Assembly (NCBI RefSeq): GCF_963506605.1
Contig: NC_083279.1
Location: 70,618,001-70,682,000, forward strand
Source: Zootoca vivipara
Lineage: Eukaryota
Length of the DNA: 64,000 nucleotides
Reading direction: 5' to 3'
Shown: piece after piece, positions 31,190-54,791 of the stretch
Numbering within the stretch: position 1 is the first letter of the stretch
Layout: every line of letters starts with the position of its first letter
Translations under genes and position numbers: made by a program
Notes under the pieces: generated by a model
Seen by the model: the letters and a program-made list of their open reading frames with translations, nothing else
Databases searched by the model: none
What the model was told of the DNA's origin: nothing

Positions 31190-31823
31190 TGGTTTATAAG
31201 TCGTCCACAACTCACTTCCATAAAGCAGCATGGTTAACATGCAAGCCTGGTTGACCTTGATCTTGGTTGTTAGCATCACATTCTCCCACAGCCTTTTGGA
31301 GAGGCGAACCAATGCCATAGCTGCCTTGCCAAGAAGCTTGTCCTCCCAGTGACGTCTATGCTGGCTTGGTCACATCCACAGAATGGAAGATGGCAGGATC
31401 CCCAAGGATGTGCTTCCTCAGGGAGCTGACTTCAGGCACTAGGCCTGTTAACAGATCAGCTGTGTGTTACAAAGGTGCCTGCAAATGTGACATGAACGGT
31501 GGCAACATTAACCATGCTGTGTGTGAATCCCCTGCAGACAACCACAGTGCCTAGAGACAGACAGTCCGGTTGTGTATCTACAGCAGTGACCAGAGGAAGA
31601 ATAACTGCTGGGAGGAGCGTGAAGAGAAGCAACACAATGGTGCACTTATTGCCAGCAAAACCAGACACCTTCATCTGCCCCACTTGCAACAAAACATATC
31701 TCTCCTGTATCAGTCTCTACAGCCACAGGAGGCACTGTGACACTGCAACTGTTTGACTTTACCAGCGAAGGCGCACTCTTCCACTGTCTCCCGACTCTTA
31801 GACAGATAGATGCCAACAACAAC
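31190..31823. mobile_element. RTE-clade LINE fragment with 5' inversion
   Basis: Minus-strand piece encodes RLSKRLWEN...LLYGSELWTTY; plus-strand piece encodes RLCWLGHIHRMEDGRIPKD and ends in (caa)n. Confidence 0.7.
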
Positions 31824-32559
31824 AGGATTTATACAATGTAAAAATAAGGACCTAGTCAGTGCATTCATTGGCCAGACTACTGAACAGTGAGAGCAAATTT
31901 AGTTCTTAGTGCTCAGTTGGGTATCATCCTGACTGCATTTATATCTTGCAAGAGCTAGAGGTTTGTTTGTTTGTTTTTAAATGATAACTAAAAATTCAGA
32001 CAAGGTGCCTTTAAATATCCTTGAGGGAGTCAGGTCCTCCTGTGGATACAAACTGCATAAAAAGCAGAGACTCAACAGATGCAACTCCCACGTCTCCATT
32101 ATGGGGAGGACTGCACCAATTGAAATTGTGCCTGCAATATAGCCTTTAAAGGCACGGGAGCCCCGTCTACCACTTTTTTTTTAAAAAAACAAAACCCTGT
32201 GCATCTTTTGGTTAGACCCAACGATCCTGTCGAAAACACTGCAACTACCGGTATGAGTTACACTCCCGGGCTATTTCAAAACGATATAGCAGGTAGAAAA
32301 TGAACGGTTATGACTTTAAGCATGTCACTTTCTGTTTAATTTCTGCTTCCTCTGAGGCTTTGGAGAGGGCAGAAACTCACCCACCAACCCGGTGTAACCC
32401 CTGCGAAGAAAACAAACAAGGCTCTCATCCTTGTTTAGTCTCTTTTGCCCTTTGTATGGGATTTGCGGAAAAGGGGGCGCAACTATTTCAAGAGCCTCAT
32501 CGACAAAGGACCTCCCGGCTTGAGTTTCCACCCTGATTCATAAGCATTTGCCCCGCACA

Positions 32560-32832
32560 TGGGAGACGACAGCAACTTCAACCAAGAACCGGAAATGTTG
32601 CTAGCGAAAGACCGCAGCTTCTTTGCAACACACATGTGATGAACCCGGAAGCGGAAACAGGGTTCTTTCTGTTTCCGGAGGCGGCTGTTTGGGGGAGGGG
32701 GGAAAACAACAATAGACCCCGCTACCAATTCCTCCGACGGCTCCTTTTTGGGGGTTTTCCTCCTGGAAGGGTCTCAGGAAGTCGCTCTCTCTCCCGCTTC
32801 TGCCTATCTATGCTGCTTCCATCGCCGCCATC
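32560..32832 (+). promoter_or_regulatory. TIPRL CpG promoter with tandem ETS/GABP sites
   Basis: CCGGAAAT at ~32589, CCGGAAGCGGAA at 32645-32656, TTCCGG at ~32673; CpG-rich, directly upstream of the ATG. Confidence 0.65.
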
Positions 32833-35800
32833 ATGATGCCCGTATTCAAAAGCAGCCGGAGAGATTTCACTTTCGGGCCGTGGAAGCTGACGGCCGCTCG
32901 GACCCACATCATCAAGTCGTCGGAGTCCGAGAGGTGCGAGGCGGGAGGCGGGGATGCTAGGGAACACTGTCGCCAGAGCCTCCGCTTCTGTGTTGGCCAA
33001 GCCCTTCAGGTTGCAGCGGGCCAATTCGGATGGCCGGCGGCTTTTATTGATGAGTTTCAATGAAAACAAGCCCGGAAATCCTCCTGGGCGGCTGAAACGT
33101 AAAGTGACCACCCCCGACCGACAAGCCTTTTCCATTTTCCTAAAAATCCCCCCTGATCCCAAATGTGCAGAAAGTAAATGCTTTGCAGGTGGGGGGGGGA
33201 TGCTTTTAAGGTTTCTGAACTGGCATGCTGTTTTAAGTAATCAAGTTATAAGGTTTCTGCCAGACGACTAAGTCCTCTGATCAATCAGATCATATACACT
33301 TCACTAGTTATTTATAAGTGATATGTTTGTAGTTTACTTTCTTGCTTTCTAAGGGCCGCTTCGCCTGCTGCTACATTTGTGGCAAATCCTCTTGTTAAAT
33401 GCTAATGTGGAAATGACCCGACAAGCATTTGTTGTGCCCATGTGCTCTGAAGGTATTGTGGTAAATTGCGACTTCCAGTGAATTAACCTCTTGTGGTCTA
33501 TCTGGGGACTTATGAGACAGACCAAAAATGAAAGGAACATACATGTTTGGGGAACGTTAGACTCTCCAGTGCTAATTTCATTTTAAATAAGCACAGCTGA
33601 TTCAATGTTACTGTATTTGGAATTAGATGTGGCATGTTGTAATATTCTTCAGAACAAATTATGCCTCTGTTTTAAATTATGTAGTTAGTGTGAAATTGTT
33701 CCAAAGTGACATAACTTTTTTGTTTCCATGCAGAATTGCTGAAGAACTACACATCCCTTGTGTTCCAGAAATGATGTTTGGAGACAATGTCTTAAGAATT
33801 CAGCATGAATCTCTCTTTGGGATAGAGTTCAATGCAACCGATGCTTTAAGATGTGTAAATAACACTCAAGGCATGGTTAAAGTTGCCTGTGCAGAGGAGT
33901 GGCAAGAAAGCAGGTAATAAGATATAAGATTAATCTAATCTAATATGACAATACGTTCAGCTACTTTGGAGCAATAGCTTAGATTTTTTTACTTTTTATG
34001 TGACCCACTTGAGATGTAATCTGGATAAATGCTTAATGCATGTCACTTTCCCCCTTAACATAAATATCATATTATTGTACATTTTCTCTTTCCCTCGAGT
34101 CATGTTTTTTGAGATTGTGATGTAAGGGAACCACCCACTAACAGTGTCTCATATGCTTATTACTTCTTGAGCCCACAATTTTAGTTATGATGAGATAGGT
34201 TTCTGACATTTCGGCTTGCTAATACAGATGCGCTAGCCAACAACTTTGAGCAAAAAACTTGAGCAAAATTATATGATTTCTGATCTAGAATAAACAAAAC
34301 TGATATTGTACAGCTGATAATGTTGTGTCAATCTTCAACATCTCTAGGAATTTGCAAATATACAGGTGACATTACCATAGCCTCTATAAAAAACTGCATC
34401 TATCTGTAGAGATCCTTTCGTTCTGAAACTGACATGCTACATAGATGTGTATCTTTTCCCTTGAGGTCTGAGCCTGAGCACACAAAGGAAATTGTTAAAC
34501 CATATGACTGGACCTATACAACAGATTACAAAGGAACTCTTCTAGGTGATACGTTAAAGTTAAAGGTATGTTCTTAAATCTGTTCCCAGAGCCTAGGGCT
34601 TGCTCATCAGAAGGTCGGCGGTTCGAATCCTTGCGACGGGGTGAGCTCCCATTGCTCAGTCCCAGCTCCTTCCAACCTACTGTAGCAGTTCGAAAGCACG
34701 TCAAAGTGCAAGTAGATAAATAGGTACCACTCCACGCGGGAAGGTAAACTGCTGCTCTGGTTCGCCAGAAGCGGCTTAGTCATGCTGGCCACATGACCTG
34801 GAAGCTGTACACTGGCTCCCTTGGCCAATAACGCGAGATGAGCGCCACAACCCCAGAGTCGGTCACGACTGGACCTAATGCTCAGGGGTCCCTTTACTTT
34901 GTAGTACTAAGCAGTTAACAATGTCTGAAGAGCACTCTTATAAAAAAACATAACTTTTAAATTATTTTGCCTCCTCCAGGTTTCTCCCACAACAGAACAT
35001 ATAGATACAGAGAAACTAAAAGCCAGGGAACAGATTATGTTCTTTGAGGAAATACTGCTGTTTGAAGATGAACTTCATGATCATGGAGTTTCAAGCCTGA
35101 GTGTAAAAATAGTGAGTTCGGTCACTTTGTACATGTTATATCTTACAGTAGGAAATGTCTTTAGAGTTTGACTGAAGGAAAAAATGAAGAAGTGTAGTGC
35201 CCAAACTTACATTTCTTTCTCTGTGATAAAGATATTCCTTTAAGATGCCAGCAATTCCCCGCCCCAAGGCCAACAGAAGCTCAGTATTATATTGGTTTGT
35301 GTACAGTACTTGTAAATTGCTTAAAAGCCTATTTTGACATTAAGCAATATAATAAAAAATAACCAGTAATGATGGAGTGGATGCAGTTTCCACCCCAACT
35401 TTTGCTTTGCTTAAGACTTTGAGACAAGAAGGATCTAGCTTATGAGGTTCCATTAAAAGGACAAGATGATTATCTTGTAAAGGCTATTCAGATTCAATTG
35501 GAGTTCTGTACTGATATTAACTTGATACTAACTTGTAGTTGGCACTTTATTATTTTTGTGCAATCTGAGATGCCGTCTGAAGATTTAAATCTGAGTTTCT
35601 GGTAATAATTACTTTGTAACAATTTATATTCTGTAACACCAAAGTTAACATTTGTGATTGGTAAGCATTTTTTTGGAAAGACTTTGTTTTAAAACGGAGT
35701 ACAGGCCAGACATCTTAGTTAAGCTTTACTCTTGCATAATTTTTGCATTTTTAGAGGATAAATATCCACAAGAAAGTATTTTAGTTGAACAGTGGAAAAA

Positions 35801-37871
35801 GAGCTACACACTGAAGTTTTTATTAGGTCTGTAAGAGCAAAATATTGTAGATGTGTGTAAATTATTTTTCCTGTTTTTCACAGAGGGTAATGCCTTCAAG
35901 CTTCTTTGTGCTCTTGAGATTTTTCCTGCGAGTTGATGGTGTGCTTATCAGAATGAATGATACAAGGATTTATCATGAGGTAAGGAAATACTAATATGCT
36001 TATTTTGTTCTAAAGACCATAAAATGGTTAATATTTAGAAATGAATGTCATATGTTGTAATTTGTATGTTTATTATTATTATTTATATTGTCTAACCCAG
36101 GGGTCGGCCAAACCTTTTATCCACGGGCCAGTCCACTGTCCCTCAGACCTTGTGGCGAGCTTGAGAAGCGGCACGGGGGGGGGGGAATCTGGAAGAATAG
36201 GCGAGGGGGGCAAGTAGGCCTCCCCACCCCCACCCTCTGCACTTACCTTCCCTGGGGCTACTTGCCGCCGCCGCCGCCACCACCGCTGCTGCTTCTCGTG
36301 GGTAGGCAGAGCGAGCTCATCCACTCCACTCTGGCCCACAGGAGCACCAGGGCGGTGGCGGTGGCAGAGGGAAGATGAGCAACGCGAAAGGGCTGGCTCC
36401 AGAGAGGGGCTGCTTAAAATGGCGCTCAGCCAGCTCAGTCCAGCCTCCTTCCTCCTCTAGGCAGGGCAGGGAGAAGCCAGGAGGAGGGAGGGAGGTGGCG
36501 CAGCTGCCGCAGTTTGTGTGAGGGGGGGGAATGGAATGGCGCAGGGGAAAAATATGGTGCAGCCCAAACGAACAGAATCCCCACCCTGATCCACGGACAG
36601 TCTACGGGCCAGATCCTGAAGGCAATTGGGCCTGATCCAGCCTGCGGACCTTAGTTTGCCGACCCCTAGTCTAGCCAAAGCCATTACAAAAGTTATATAT
36701 ATTTATAGCTCCTTAGCATTATCGTGAAAGGTGCAGGAAGATGGCTTCCTATTAGTAATTGTCCAAATAGTTTGAGTAGGTTCCTGGAGTCTTAAGAAGA
36801 CTAAGTACAGACTTCTCTGCACAATTCTTGTCCCCCTAGAACTGCGCACCATTAGTAGATTTATGCAAGGGAATTTGGGGGTGGGGGCAGTTGCCCTGGA
36901 GTAACCATAATCTCTGGTTTCCCAGCTTTCTTTTTTTAAAAAGAGTACGAGTAAGTTCCTAGCATTTGTAAATCCTGTGATATGAAGCAAAATGTGCAGT
37001 CCTTTTTTTGGGGGGGGGAAACGACTATCTTGTTCTCCCCCCCCCAAAAAAATACTGCAAATTACATAGCAACTGGTTTGGCTGACACGGCACCAGTTGG
37101 CTTATCTCATATGTGGGGTGATTTGTGCCCATGACTGGAATTAACCTCTTCCCCGTGACCAGTCCCTCCAACATGTCTGTCTGTAGAATCTTACATTATT
37201 TTATGCAATTACATTTCAGCTGTTTTCTTTCCTACTAGGCTGATAAACACTACATGTTACGGGAATACACCTCGAGGGAAAGCAAAATATCAAGCTTAAA
37301 GGTATTAACATTTTAAGCAAGAGCGTCTTTCTCTTGTCAGTGTTGTTAACTTCTTCATGCAAATTACTTTTTGATAGGGCACTGGCAGATGCTACCTTTC
37401 ATGAGTATCTACAAGGTTTTATTACCAGGCAAATGAAATTTAAAAATTATTTCGTGTAGTAAGACCTTTTTATTATTAATTTTTGTTTTTTACTGAGCTT
37501 TAGTCTCCAGGGTAATGCATGTTTTCACTACTTGGACATGTTTCTCAAGCTGCCTATTTATGGGAGGGAGACTCACTTTGAAGCAGAAATTTTGTAGTGT
37601 TAATATGTGTAAAAGTTTTATAAACAATATGAATAACTCATTCTAATTCAAGATTAACAGTCTCCCTTTTAACTCTGTATGGATATGTTTTCTCTTTGGC
37701 TGGGCAATGTATAATTCTTTCTCTTTTGGTTTTAAGCATGTTCCTCCACCCCTGTTCACGGATCCTAATGAGGTTGCTCAGTATTTATCTGTCAAGGAGA
37801 ACATATGTGAAAAGTTGGAGTTCCCCGAGAATTTGCATCCTGAATCTGAAGCAGCACCAGAAGGCACTTAA
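32833..37871 (+). CDS. TIPRL: TIP41-like protein (TOR signalling / PP2A regulator), 268 aa
   Basis: Exons 32833-32933, 33734-33913 ([14 protein letters not shown]), 34466-34565 ([15 protein letters not shown]), 34980-35111 ([10 protein letters not shown]), 35884-35979 ([17 protein letters not shown]), 37239-37301, 37737-37871. Total 807 nt, in phase. Confidence 0.96.
34588..34900 (+). mobile_element. Sauria SINE
   Basis: ctagggcttgctcatcagaaggtcggcggttcgaatcc...ggggtccctttac; homologous to 26303-26617. Confidence 0.85.
36098..36668. mobile_element. hAT MITE
   Basis: TIR caggggtcggc / gccgaccccta; 8-bp TSD gtctaacc / gtctagcc. Confidence 0.8.
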
Positions 37872-38444
37872 GTGGGATCTCCGTAATTTTGTGGACTTGA
37901 AACAGACCTTGTTCTGGAGACCATGTAATGCCTTGGTCATTGACACTGAAGATTTATCTACTTGCTAGATACAGATCTATTTGGATGTCCGACTAAAATT
38001 TCTGTAGCTGTGGATGGGCAAGAGCAGGGAGCTAATGTCAAACCTTTGCTAATGTTTTCATTGTGTCTATTTCAAATGTGCCCTGAAACCGGTTCTGGAC
38101 TGGAGTTACCTGACATTGGAGAATAAGCCCGCAAATCACCAGTAATTCTTTTGAAGCATACAGCATTCCAAGAAAGTTTAGTGGGTTTAGGAAAAATCAA
38201 GACTCATTCATAAGCTTGAACAGCTACCAAGAACTTTGTTTTAACATAGTCTTTGTTATACAAGGGCCTTGTTTCATCAGAGTCATAGGACAAAGCACAT
38301 TGATCACTGATGCTTGGTAAGTTTTTGGATCTCAGTGGATGGTATTACTCTTTTAATCAGTTGCATGTTGTCTGTCTTTAAATAAGAAATACATGAGAAA
38401 CACTGTTTGGTCTGGTTCACGTGCAACATTAAACCGTAGTTTAA

Positions 38445-38450
38445 AATAAA
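38445..38450 (+). terminator. Candidate TIPRL poly(A) signal
   Basis: AATAAA ~575 nt after the TIPRL stop codon. Confidence 0.4.
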
Positions 38451-39448
38451 CTGGTTTTGCATAAATGAGCTCTCCCTGGCTTCTGTCTGTGGCACACAGA
38501 GGAGGAAACAAGCCTGGGTTGGGCATGTTGGAACATGTGACCCTCTGCTTGTGATTTGATTCTTTCCAAACCATGAGTGGTAAACGCAGAAGAAACCTTG
38601 GCTTCCACTTACGGTTGGTGTAGCTTAGTCAGAAGTGGTGGGTGATTTCATGGGTGAAATAAGAACATATAAAGTATGGTTTAATTTGGTATGCGAACTA
38701 GGCAGATGCCTTCTAAATTAAACTAAGGGCAGCACTGAGTGTTGCATACTGCTCATGGAGCAAGATTTCACTGTCCTACCCAAACATACCTCCAAAATCT
38801 CACCCTCTGGAGCAAACTGAGGATGCTAGGGGGGCTGCAATGAGGAGAAGGGGAATGTGAAGTCCTGTTGTGTGAGCAAAAGTCTGTTCCACTCTCACAG
38901 ACATCATTAAGTACAACACAATGATCGTTTCATAGATCTTGGAAAAGCAATTTAACAAAAGTTTGGAGGCAAAGTGGAACTCTGTTTGCAAATTGGGGCT
39001 TTCTTCGCTCCTCCCCCTACATTCCGCCAAAAGCAGCTCTCGAGGACTGAGGGTCCCTCAAAATTCAGTGGAACAAAGGAATTGGGGAAAAAATGGACAG
39101 GGCTTCCAATGTGCATGCAGAAGTCCCATTTCCATTTGTGCAAGATACCTTTGGATCCAAGTCAAAGAGTTGCATAATAAGTGTGGTCCAGTGGTGTTTC
39201 ACAGTGGGTTGCTTTCTAACAGTTTTGATGGAGTTGGTTCTTAAGTCATTTTTAATAGCGAGTAATCATTGAAATGGATTGCACAGTACCATATTCTTGA
39301 TAAAAGTTACCTCCCATTAAAATAATAATAATCCTGGGAATTAATATTGATTACATTGCCAGAATAGGTAAATTCATGTGATTCCTGTATATGATGTCAG
39401 TAATTTACTACTTAGTAGTCTACTTCAAATATGTTTAACTTAAAACAA

Positions 39449-39521
39449 TTGTTGTTGTTGTTTAGTCGTGTCCGACTCTTCGTGACCCCATGGACCATAG
39501 CACGCCAGGCACTCCTGTCTT
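39449..39521 (-). mobile_element. BovB 3' tail fragment
   Basis: (gtt)n plus tagtcgtgtccgactcttcgtgacccc. Confidence 0.7.
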
Positions 39522-41023
39522 AAAGCAATTACAAACTCATATTTGTGTATTGAGAGAGTACTCTGCTACCAAGCCCTTTTCCTGCTCTTCTAATGAGCTG
39601 TATATTTTGGATGAAAACCTGTGTTTCATGTGTTTTGTTCTGGTCCTACTGTTTATTTCTAATAAGAAAAGAGATTAATTGTACTGCTTGCAGGAGACAG
39701 GGGAAGTGTGTTGTGCGTTTTCCCACCCCTCAAAAGTAAGGTGCGTTTTCCCATCCCTCCAATGGCAGTGGAAGTTTAGAGAGATCCTGCTAATAGCATA
39801 TGCATTTCTGCTGCCATGACAGTATTTCTTTGGTTTCACATGACGGTGAAGAGTCTGAGCAACTGTTTCGGGGTTGCTTGTTTTTCTGTGCCACCAATTC
39901 ATTTTTCAATGGTGAGCAAGAGTTTCTTTTTCTATTCTACATTTACTCACTTCTAAAACCTATCTGCTTTGGAGTTTCAAAGCAATCAAAGGTTATGCAT
40001 GTTTAATAGGAGTTCCCTTGAGCATTGTAGGACTTATTTCTGAGTACATATGCATAGGATCGGAATGCTGAGTTTTAAAGCATACTAAGGCGGATACCAA
40101 GGGATCAATGGTAAAAAGGTCACCACTGAACATACCTGCATATGGAAGACTTTGACTTCATGCAAATCATTCAGTGATGCAGTTTGCACTGCAAAGCGAT
40201 TCTTCTAAAGAATTGAGTATGTATAACCTGTAAATAACATGCATGTGTTGACACCACAATTTATGCAGATGGTCAACTGATTCTGTATTTCTTTGGAATC
40301 TCTCAGTAGCTCGTACTGTTAATTTTGTTGTGGCTACCTTTCTCTTCTTTCTCTTCTTTCATTATTACCAGTCATATAATAAACAGAACAAAGATGATGA
40401 TTGCTTGACCTAGGGAAGGAACCCGGGAGAAATATACAGAAAGTTTCCACAGGATATTCAGTGAAAAGGAAGGACAAAGGAAGGACAAGCAAGTCTCTTG
40501 TGCTAAAGATACCCTCAGTATCTTTAGCACAAATCCCACTGAAATGGAGGGAAATTTCACTGTATTTCAATGGGATTTGTGCAGTTTTAAGATTTTCACA
40601 CACAAAGGCATCTCATATTGTCCTTTAGGCAGCCAAATAAGTGATGGTTTGTACTATAATCAGCTGTTGCTAAATAAAAATGTATGCCACATTTTAATCT
40701 CTCTCAACTTTCAGTTGTCTTTACTGTGAGAAAGAAATATTTTCCTTAAGTAGCCGGGTAATAACATTAGATTGATCTAAAGCTCTGTTGTAGGAAGGGG
40801 AAACTGGTTCAGCTGTTCAATTGGACTCCAGTTCCCATCAGCCCTAGCCAGTGTGGCCAAACATCAGGGCTGGTGGGAGTTCTGGTAGCAACATCTTTAG
40901 GGTCACAGGTTCACTACCACCTCCCTTATAGTGTCCATAAATTCTACAGGTGGGATTGTATTCTGTTAGCTACCTCGATGGCCAGTTTGGATGCTATTAC
41001 AAGATCACATGTGGAAGGGAATG

Positions 41024-41444
41024 TGTGAGGGACAGGGGATACCGGGAGGTCCCTCCCATCTTAAGTACCAGCTCATCGCCAAGCGCTGGGGAAAGCAGGG
41101 AGAGTTCCGCCTCCAGCGGAGACTCAGGAAGTGGTGTCCGAGGCTCAGGCAAGGTAGCGGAGCCCATGCCCAAGGTGGGACAGGAAGGGGGGAGCAAGGG
41201 GGGAAGGCTGATCCCGCCGACCCCGGAATTGCGCAAGAAACGTCGTGGGAAGAGGTTGGGTCTTCCCAAGCTTCTTTGCTGGAGGAAAACGCGCCAACCT
41301 CCATTCGGAGGTACTGACACCTGACTGACAACATGTATATAGATCGCTCCGAGCACTGTAAACAATCAGCACTTAATAAAAGCCTAAAAGGACTATGCTG
41401 TGAGGAGTCGTTACTCTAGAGTAGCCGCATCAGCATCTCTGACA
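41024..41444 (+). mobile_element. Solo LTR (421 bp) of a subfamily related to the Gypsy element at 58311
   Basis: TGTGAG...TGACA ends; perfect 5-bp TSD GAATG (41019-41023 and 41445-41449); colinear with LTR 58311-58738; AATAAA at ~41375. Confidence 0.92.
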
Positions 41445-42012
41445 GAATGTATTGACCATTTATATGCCTGAGTTAAAACTGGGATACCACTTAAACACCC
41501 TGTTATCTCCCCCCATGTGTTATTTTGCATACTATACCCTAGTGCTGTACATCTAGAAGACAGAAGATGGCACTGTCAACCTTCAGTGAAAGGAGCAGAG
41601 GAGCAGCTGTGGATCTTTAAATTTAGTCTCATCTAGTTAGGAAATGCATATTGGCATCTAGCATAAATATTTTAAAAATGAGTAACTGCACAATTACGTT
41701 TGCAGCTAGTGTGACATTGACATTTCACCCTTCAGTCCCATGCTATGGTCCAGACAAAAATAATGAGAATCAGTATTTACATATGTTAAGGAAGCTTTCA
41801 GTGGGGCAACAGTTAAAACACTTAAATGATGGTAGCGTGTATATGCTACATATTACAACCTCGTTTACACACTGGCCCAAATTATTGACATGAATACCTT
41901 TTTAGTAACTGGGTTTTGATTTTAAGTAACAAAAATCTGTCTGGGGAAAATACTCTGAGAAAGATCTAACCCCATAGATTTAAATTTCTTTTTTTAAAAA
42001 AAGCAATGCTAG

Positions 42013-42213
42013 TGTTATGCATTAGTGTATATAGTTTTCCCTCGGGTCCTTGACAGTTGTTTTAGGAGGGAACTTTAGGAGGGAACAATTATGTTTGATA
42101 CATTGTTTGAACCAGCCTCTATAAAAGCAGGCCAGCTCGGCAATGCAGTTCAGTTCTGTTCTGGCTTCCGAATAAAGGGCTTCTTGAAGAATCGCTGTGT
42201 TGTCTATTTAATA
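42013..42213 (+). mobile_element. Small solo LTR (201 bp) of an unrelated family
   Basis: TGTTA...TAATA ends; 5-bp TSD GCTAG (42008-42012 and 42214-42218); TATAAAA at 42120 and AATAAA at 42171. Confidence 0.75.
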
Positions 42214-42699
42214 GCTAGGACTGCACCTGATCACCATGAGTTGTGAATCTGGGTTCCATCTCCCCCTTAGTCTGCTTAGTCAGCCCTGATTAAGCTGCTA
42301 TTTCCCAGTCAGTATGCAAAACAGGAATACTAATCAATGTGCCCTGCCAGTTATTTAGGAAGACACATCTTCAAACCAGGAGAGGTCTGGAGAGTGGCAA
42401 CACAAGAACTGGCCTTTTTTATGTGGCGCTCCTTTTATGGGATGCTATACTCTGGAAGGTGCCTTCATTACATATACACCAGTCAAAAGCATTTCAACAT
42501 ACCTTGGGCTGATTAACATTCTAAGGCCTTTTAAATGTTTTTGTGGGAAGGGAGGTCACTGGTTTTTGTTTCATGTATTTCATGTTCTCATCTTGCAATT
42601 TAAGGGTGTGAACCGCCCTGAGATCTTCGCGTGAGGGGCGGTTTACAAATACTGTAATAGCCATCAGCATAGAGAAGAAGGAAAGGGGGGCGGGGAAAA

Positions 42700-42973
42700 G
42701 CTTGCTACTCAAACAAACCGGCGCAACTCCCCGCCTACTCGGATGCCACAAAGAGGATCGGAGGCGGAGTCGAAAGAGCTCTGCAACGCGCAGGTGCGAG
42801 GAAGCAACCCCCCCGACTACATATCCCAGGATGCACTGCTCCAGCCGCTGAGGCAAAGTTTGGCGAGCGCCGGCCTTCCTCGGTTGCCGGGAGTTGTAGT
42901 CTCCGAAGGGTTTGGGCGGCGAAGTGGAGGCAGCCGCGTCGGGAAGTGAAGCTCGTGAGGGGCGACAAGTGTC
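42700..42973 (+). promoter_or_regulatory. SFT2D2 CpG promoter with two inverted ZNF143/THAP11 (ACTACAnnTCCC) motifs
   Basis: ACTACATATCCCAGGATGCAC at 42816-42836; reverse copy CCGGGAGTTGTAGT at 42887-42900; ETS-like GGAAGTG at ~42942. Confidence 0.75.
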
Positions 42974-53833
<10,860 letters not shown>

Positions 53834-53922
53834 CAGAGACTCAAACAACTTGGTAAGTATTGGAAAAAAAATATTGTGGTAAAATAGTTATATCCCCAGA
53901 TTTATGCGCGTTATAACACTGT

Positions 53923-53940
53923 GACACCAGATGGCGCTGT
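53923..53940 (+). promoter_or_regulatory. CTCF-like motif
   Basis: CACCAGATGGCGCTG matches the CTCF core; a second GGCAGATGGCGCCA lies at ~53276-53289. Confidence 0.5.
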
Positions 53941-54469
53941 GGAAGCCCATTTTTCGCCCACGGGATTTCCCTGTATGAAGTTTACAATGCATTTAACTGT
54001 ATCTCTTCTTTGATGTGTCTAGATCCAGCCTGTTAGTACATAAACTTGAGCTTCAGTCTTAAATCTATGAACTCACTGGAGCTTGTTTCTGGATAAAGTG
54101 AGGCAGCTTAATGATGATATTTGTTGAGATGCCCCAATTTTTTGCTCTTTGCTGATGTCATACTGTAGAAAGAGAAATTAATTGTGAGATGGTCTTTTAG
54201 GTGCCCATATTGGGTTGTATCCTATGCTGCTGTTCCACTTGTACAACTTCCCCCTTCTGCAGCCCACTGTACACCTTATTACCCATTGTTATGAGTAGGC
54301 ATATATTTTGCCAATTTTAAAAGGTTTTTCTACATATTCACTCCAGTTTGGAGATGTGCATAAACAGAACCCACAGTTTTGCTAGGACTGCAGATAAAGA
54401 CTGGTCTGTGATGTAGAGGAGGCATAAGCACTTCTCTCTATGTGCAGAAGCCTCTGTATACCTATGAAG

Positions 54470-54791
54470 CGGGGGTCAGCAAACCTTTTCAGCAGCGGGG
54501 CCGGTCCACTGTCCCTCAGACCTTGTGGGGGGCTGGACTATATTTTGAGGAAAAAAATGAACAAATTTCTATGCCCCACAAATAACCTAGAGATACATTT
54601 TAAATAAAAGCACAGATTCTGCTCATGTAAAAACACCAGGCAGGCCCCACAAATAACCCAGAGATGCATTTTAAATAAAAGGACACATTCTACTCATGTA
54701 AAAACACGCTGATTCTCGAACCACCCACGGGCTGGATTTAGCAGGCGATTGGGCTGGATCTGGCCCCCGGGCCTTAGTTTGTCTACCCATG
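54470..54791. mobile_element. hAT MITE with internal ~70-bp tandem duplication
   Basis: Ends homologous to 36098-36668; TSD ctatgaag / ctataaag. Confidence 0.75.

Noticed and set aside
34463-34466. GAG acceptor at TIPRL exon 3
   Set aside because: Uncommon but canonical AG; the exon length and frame fit, so nothing needs explaining.
40950-41324. 124-aa ORF as a stand-alone gene
   Set aside because: It is the LTR-encoded Pol tail inside a solo LTR, with a GTG start in flanking DNA.
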